From: Spartobacteria bacterium | GTDB taxonomy: Bacteria > Verrucomicrobiota > Verrucomicrobiia > Chthoniobacterales > DASVRZ01 | Assembly: GCA_043758065.1 (NCBI GenBank) | Contig: JAYVOE010000078.1 | Span: 1 to 57,223, forward strand | Length of the DNA stretch: 57,223 bases | Direction: 5' to 3' | Made by a program: the position numbers and the translations under genes | The notes under the pieces: generated by a model | Told to the model about the DNA's origin: nothing | Databases searched by the model: none | Seen by the model: only the letters and a program-made list of their open reading frames with translations | Part shown: in pieces, positions 54,271 through 57,223 of the stretch | How the letters are laid out: each line of letters opens with the position of its first letter | Numbering within the stretch: position 1 is the stretch's first letter

Positions 54271-55488
54271 ATGCTAGCCACGATGTCCGCCACAGACGAA
54301 CTGACGAAGCTCATTCGAGAAAAGATTGCGCGCCACGGGCCCGTCACCTTTCGGTGGTTCATGCAACAGGCGCTCTACCATCCGCAATGGGGATATTATT
54401 CCTCGGGAAAAGCCACCATTGGCCGGCTGGGCGACTTCTATACCAGTGTGAGCGTGGGCCGAACTTTCGGGGAATTATTGACCCGCCAATTCCATGAAAT
54501 GTGGGTGCGGCTGGGGAGTCCTGACGAATTTACCATCGTCGAGCAAGCAGCGGATCGCGGACAACTTGCGGCTGACATTTTAGAGAGCGCGGGGTTGTTG
54601 TTTCCGGAGTTTTTCACGGCGTTGCGCTACTGGATTATTGAGCCATCGGCCGCGCTCGCCAAAGAGCAACGCCAACGCCTGGCGCGCTATGGAAAACAGC
54701 GCACCGGCTGGTCGGAAGACATCGATAGCCTGGGCAGCGGATCGATTTTTGGCGTCTATTTTTGCAACGAATTGCTCGACGCCATGCCAGTGCATCTGGT
54801 TTCGCGGATTCGCGATGAATGGCTGGAAAACTTCGTCGATTACGGGAGCGGATCGTTCACGTTTACGTTTGACGAACCATCAAGCCACCAACTGGCGAAG
54901 CATCTCGACAAGCTGCCGACGGCGTTGCCAGATCAGTATCGAACTGAAATCAATTTACGCGCGATGACGTGGATGCAGGACGCCGCGCGGGCGATGCGTT
55001 GCGGCTATGTGATGGTGATTGATTACGGCTATCCGCGCTCGCAATTTTACTCGCCGCAACGTTCCGACGGGACGCTTTCCTGTTACCGAAATCATGAGCG
55101 GAGTTACAATCCATTCGAGTTTCTTGGGGAGCAGGATATTACGTCGCACGTCGACTTCAGCAGCATTGCCGAGGTGGCGATCGAGGAAGGCATGGAGTTG
55201 ACGGGGTTTGCCGATCAAAACCGCTTCCTGGTGGGCGTGGCTCAAAGTGAATTTTTGGCGATCGAAACGGAAAGTCAGGCTGGGGAATTGAGTGAATCGA
55301 CTGCAACTCGACTGAAAGAGTTGAAGACGCTGACGCATCCGGAAACGATGGGTTCCCAGTTTAAATATCTGACTCTCCAGAAATCGATCGAACTCGACTC
55401 ACGTCTAGCGGGATATCAATTCGCGACCGATCCCTACATCGTGCTGGGCGTGCGGCGTCCGAAGAAGAAAGATCCTTACGAAATTTGA
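54271..55488 (+). CDS. MidA/NDUFAF7-like SAM-dependent methyltransferase (DUF185)
   Basis: GPVTFRWFMQQALYHPQWGYY and GDFYTSVSVG motifs. Start is ATG at 54271 or 54283 (TTG at 54247 also open). Confidence 0.7.
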   Translation: MLATMSATDELTKLIREKIARHGPVTFRWFMQQALYHPQWGYYSSGKATIGRLGDFYTSVSVGRTFGELLTRQFHEMWVRLGSPDEFTIVEQAADRGQLAADILESAGLLFPEFFTALRYWIIEPSAALAKEQRQRLARYGKQRTGWSEDIDSLGSGSIFGVYFCNELLDAMPVHLVSRIRDEWLENFVDYGSGSFTFTFDEPSSHQLAKHLDKLPTALPDQYRTEINLRAMTWMQDAARAMRCGYVMVIDYGYPRSQFYSPQRSDGTLSCYRNHERSYNPFEFLGEQDITSHVDFSSIAEVAIEEGMELTGFADQNRFLVGVAQSEFLAIETESQAGELSESTATRLKELKTLTHPETMGSQFKYLTLQKSIELDSRLAGYQFATDPYIVLGVRRPKKKDPYEI

Positions 55489-55508
55489 GCGGAGTTCCAT
55501 CGTAATGG
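55481..55508 (+). repeat. dispersed motif copy spanning the MidA-like stop, upstream of the oxidoreductase gene
   Basis: aaatTTGAgcggagttccatcgtaatgg. ttccat-cgta-atggaa can form a small hairpin. Confidence 0.65.
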
Positions 55509-55551
55509 AATTTCCTCGCAACTCTGAAGTGCCCGCCGCTAAATTGCTCGG

Positions 55552-56736
55552 ATGATCCACTGCGATTACCTTTTTGTTGGAGCCGGCCAGACGGCGTTCC
55601 ATGCCTGTCAAGCGTTGCGCCAATACGATGCGAAGGGCAGCGTAATGCTAATTGGCGACGACCATTTTCCGCCGCACAACCTGCCCGTGTTGGACAAAGT
55701 GTGGTTCAAGCAAGGATTAACCAGCGCCGATAGCGTAACCGTGGTGCCGCCGGGTTGGTTTGAGTCGCATAAGATTGATTACCGGCCGAGCACGCTGGTG
55801 ACGCAATTTAACATTGAGCGTCGCATGGCGGTGCTGAATACCGGGCAGACAATCGAGTTTAAAAAGGCGTTGCTGGCAACGGGTTCGCGCCCGAAGCGTC
55901 CGCAAATTGCCGGCTTCAATTTGGGCAACATCATTTACCCACGCACGAGCCACGATTTGGGTGCAATCCGGGAAATTTCCAGCCACGAAAAAGCCTGTGT
56001 CGTCATCGGCTCCGGGATTGCTGGTTTGCAATACGCGGCCGCGCTGAAGAGCAGTAACCACAACGTCATCCTGCTGAGCGGCGATAAATTTCTCCTCGAC
56101 GGTCTGGTGGACGCGCCGACCGGGCAATTCCTCAACGATTACGCGCTCGCTCATGGATTGAAGCTCACGCTGGAGGAAAATCTGAATGGTTTCGAGGGCA
56201 AGACAGTGTTGAAAAACATTCAGCTCAAAAGCGGCACACGCTTCTCGGCCGGGATGGCCGTCGTGGCACTCGGCAGCGAGCCGGATTTGCGTCTTGTGAC
56301 CGGAACGCCTCTCAGCAGCACGAATGGTTGCCCAGTGAATGAGTATCTCGAAACGGACGAAAAAGGCATCTACGCGGCGGGCTCATTAGCCTTGTACCCG
56401 GATCGAATTTTTGGCAGTGTGCGTCGCTGGGATTATCCAGGTTGCGCCGAATTGCAGGGACAAACCGCTGGCGCAAATATCACGGGACGGAAACGCCAGA
56501 AGTTCGAGTATTTGCCGGATTTCTCGCTGAATTTTTTCGATCTACACCTGCAATTCATCGGAGATTTTTCGAAGCCAATCGTGCGAACCCAACTGGTGGG
56601 CGATTACGCAAAAAAGAAGTTCACACTCACCTGCCTGCAAGGCGAAAAAGTCGTCGCAGCCGTGCTCTGCAATCAGCCGCCGGAAGCCCACGAGGCGGCG
56701 ACGTTGCAGATTCGCTCCAGTTTTAAGTCGAGTTAG
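55552..56736 (+). CDS. FAD-dependent pyridine nucleotide-disulfide oxidoreductase (ferredoxin-reductase-like)
   Basis: DYLFVGAGQTA and VVIGSGIAGLQYA dinucleotide-binding motifs. Confidence 0.8.
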   Translation: MIHCDYLFVGAGQTAFHACQALRQYDAKGSVMLIGDDHFPPHNLPVLDKVWFKQGLTSADSVTVVPPGWFESHKIDYRPSTLVTQFNIERRMAVLNTGQTIEFKKALLATGSRPKRPQIAGFNLGNIIYPRTSHDLGAIREISSHEKACVVIGSGIAGLQYAAALKSSNHNVILLSGDKFLLDGLVDAPTGQFLNDYALAHGLKLTLEENLNGFEGKTVLKNIQLKSGTRFSAGMAVVALGSEPDLRLVTGTPLSSTNGCPVNEYLETDEKGIYAAGSLALYPDRIFGSVRRWDYPGCAELQGQTAGANITGRKRQKFEYLPDFSLNFFDLHLQFIGDFSKPIVRTQLVGDYAKKKFTLTCLQGEKVVAAVLCNQPPEAHEAATLQIRSSFKSS

Positions 56737-56741
56737 AGCGC
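56719..56741 (+). repeat. dispersed motif copy containing the oxidoreductase stop
   Basis: agttttaagtcgagTTAGagcgc. Confidence 0.7.
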
Positions 56742-56744
56742 TAT

Positions 56745-57223
56745 CTAGCGGCTTTGCAAAAGATTGGCGACCGCAGCGACGAGTTGGCGCGGCTCAATGG
56801 GTTTGCTAACATAGAAATTAAATCCGGCCAGCAGGGCGTTCTCGCGATCTTCATTTCGTGCAAATGCCGTCAGTGCCAGCACGGGTAATTTTTGTAAACG
56901 TTCGTCCGGGGAATTGCGCAAGCGCGAGATAAATTCGAAGCCGCTGACGACCGGCATGCTGAGGTCGCAGAGAACGGCCTCGACCGATTCCCCGTGGCTG
57001 CTGGCGAGCATTTCCAACGCTTCCACACCTCCGCTCGCCGTCTGCACGACCGCTTCATTTCCTTCCAGAATCTGACTCAAGATGGAACGCGTGGCCGGGT
57101 CGTCATCGACCACCAGCAACCGGGAATTTTTCAGTCGAGTTGCATTCCTACCAGCTGGCAGACTGATGACTTGGGTAATGGATTTCGGCTTTTCGACAGG
57201 CGCATTTTCGGGCGTTTGGACCG
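56745..57223 (-). CDS. response-regulator receiver domain, probably the C-terminus of a hybrid sensor kinase; 5' end outside window
   Basis: LLVVDDDPATR..LCDLSMP..VLALTA..YVSKPI receiver motifs. The frame stays open upstream to the window edge. Confidence 0.8.
   Translation of the reverse strand, partial: VQTPENAPVEKPKSITQVISLPAGRNATRLKNSRLLVVDDDPATRSILSQILEGNEAVVQTASGGVEALEMLASSHGESVEAVLCDLSMPVVSGFEFISRLRNSPDERLQKLPVLALTAFARNEDRENALLAGFNFYVSKPIEPRQLVAAVANLLQSR
57127..57148 (+). repeat. dispersed motif copy (antisense inside the sensor kinase gene)
   Basis: tttttcagtcgagttgcattcc. Confidence 0.75.

Overview
Gene-dense chromosomal segment of 57.2 kb with about 50 protein genes. I saw no rRNA, tRNA, CRISPR array, transposase or integrase. 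Gene content suggests a PVC-group, Verrucomicrobia-like bacterium (inference only). Left to right: ptsI 3' end, MATE pump, acyltransferase, lysC, a HepT/MNT toxin-antitoxin pair beside a hairpin-repeat cluster, and RNase R. Next comes a lower-GC glycan-synthesis cluster with three FkbM methyltransferases, GT9, GT2-type and GT-B transferases, a Wzx-like flippase and a large membrane protein. Then an inactive-looking rhomboid plus DUF2270, mazG, ndk and a TPR protein. A LacI regulator lies divergent from two very large secreted GH13 alpha-glucan enzymes, and both are interrupted: gene 1 by an in-frame TAG, a frameshift and an in-frame TAA, gene 2 by an in-frame TAG. After these come a PRC-barrel protein, a folate block (folE2, oxidoreductase, thyA, folA), a 21-bp tandem array, a TPR protein, an M16 peptidase and DUF1844-kdsA-lptC-lptA-lptB. 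The right end holds a tandem NDK-like protein, aminotransferase, orphan ABC ATPase, ferritin-like protein, nitroreductase, exonuclease-like protein, lipoprotein, squalene/phytoene synthase, MidA-like methyltransferase, FAD oxidoreductase and the receiver end of a sensor kinase. The most unusual signal is not a gene. A motif of about 20 nt (T-run, [C/G]A[G/T], [T/C/G][C/G]GAGTT, [C/G/A]CA) recurs roughly once per kb on both strands, in coding and non-coding DNA, and is strongly enriched at gene junctions. Motif coordinates were derived by hand and checked against ORF frames, and counts are by eye. Product calls rest on recognisable sequence motifs, not on database searches.
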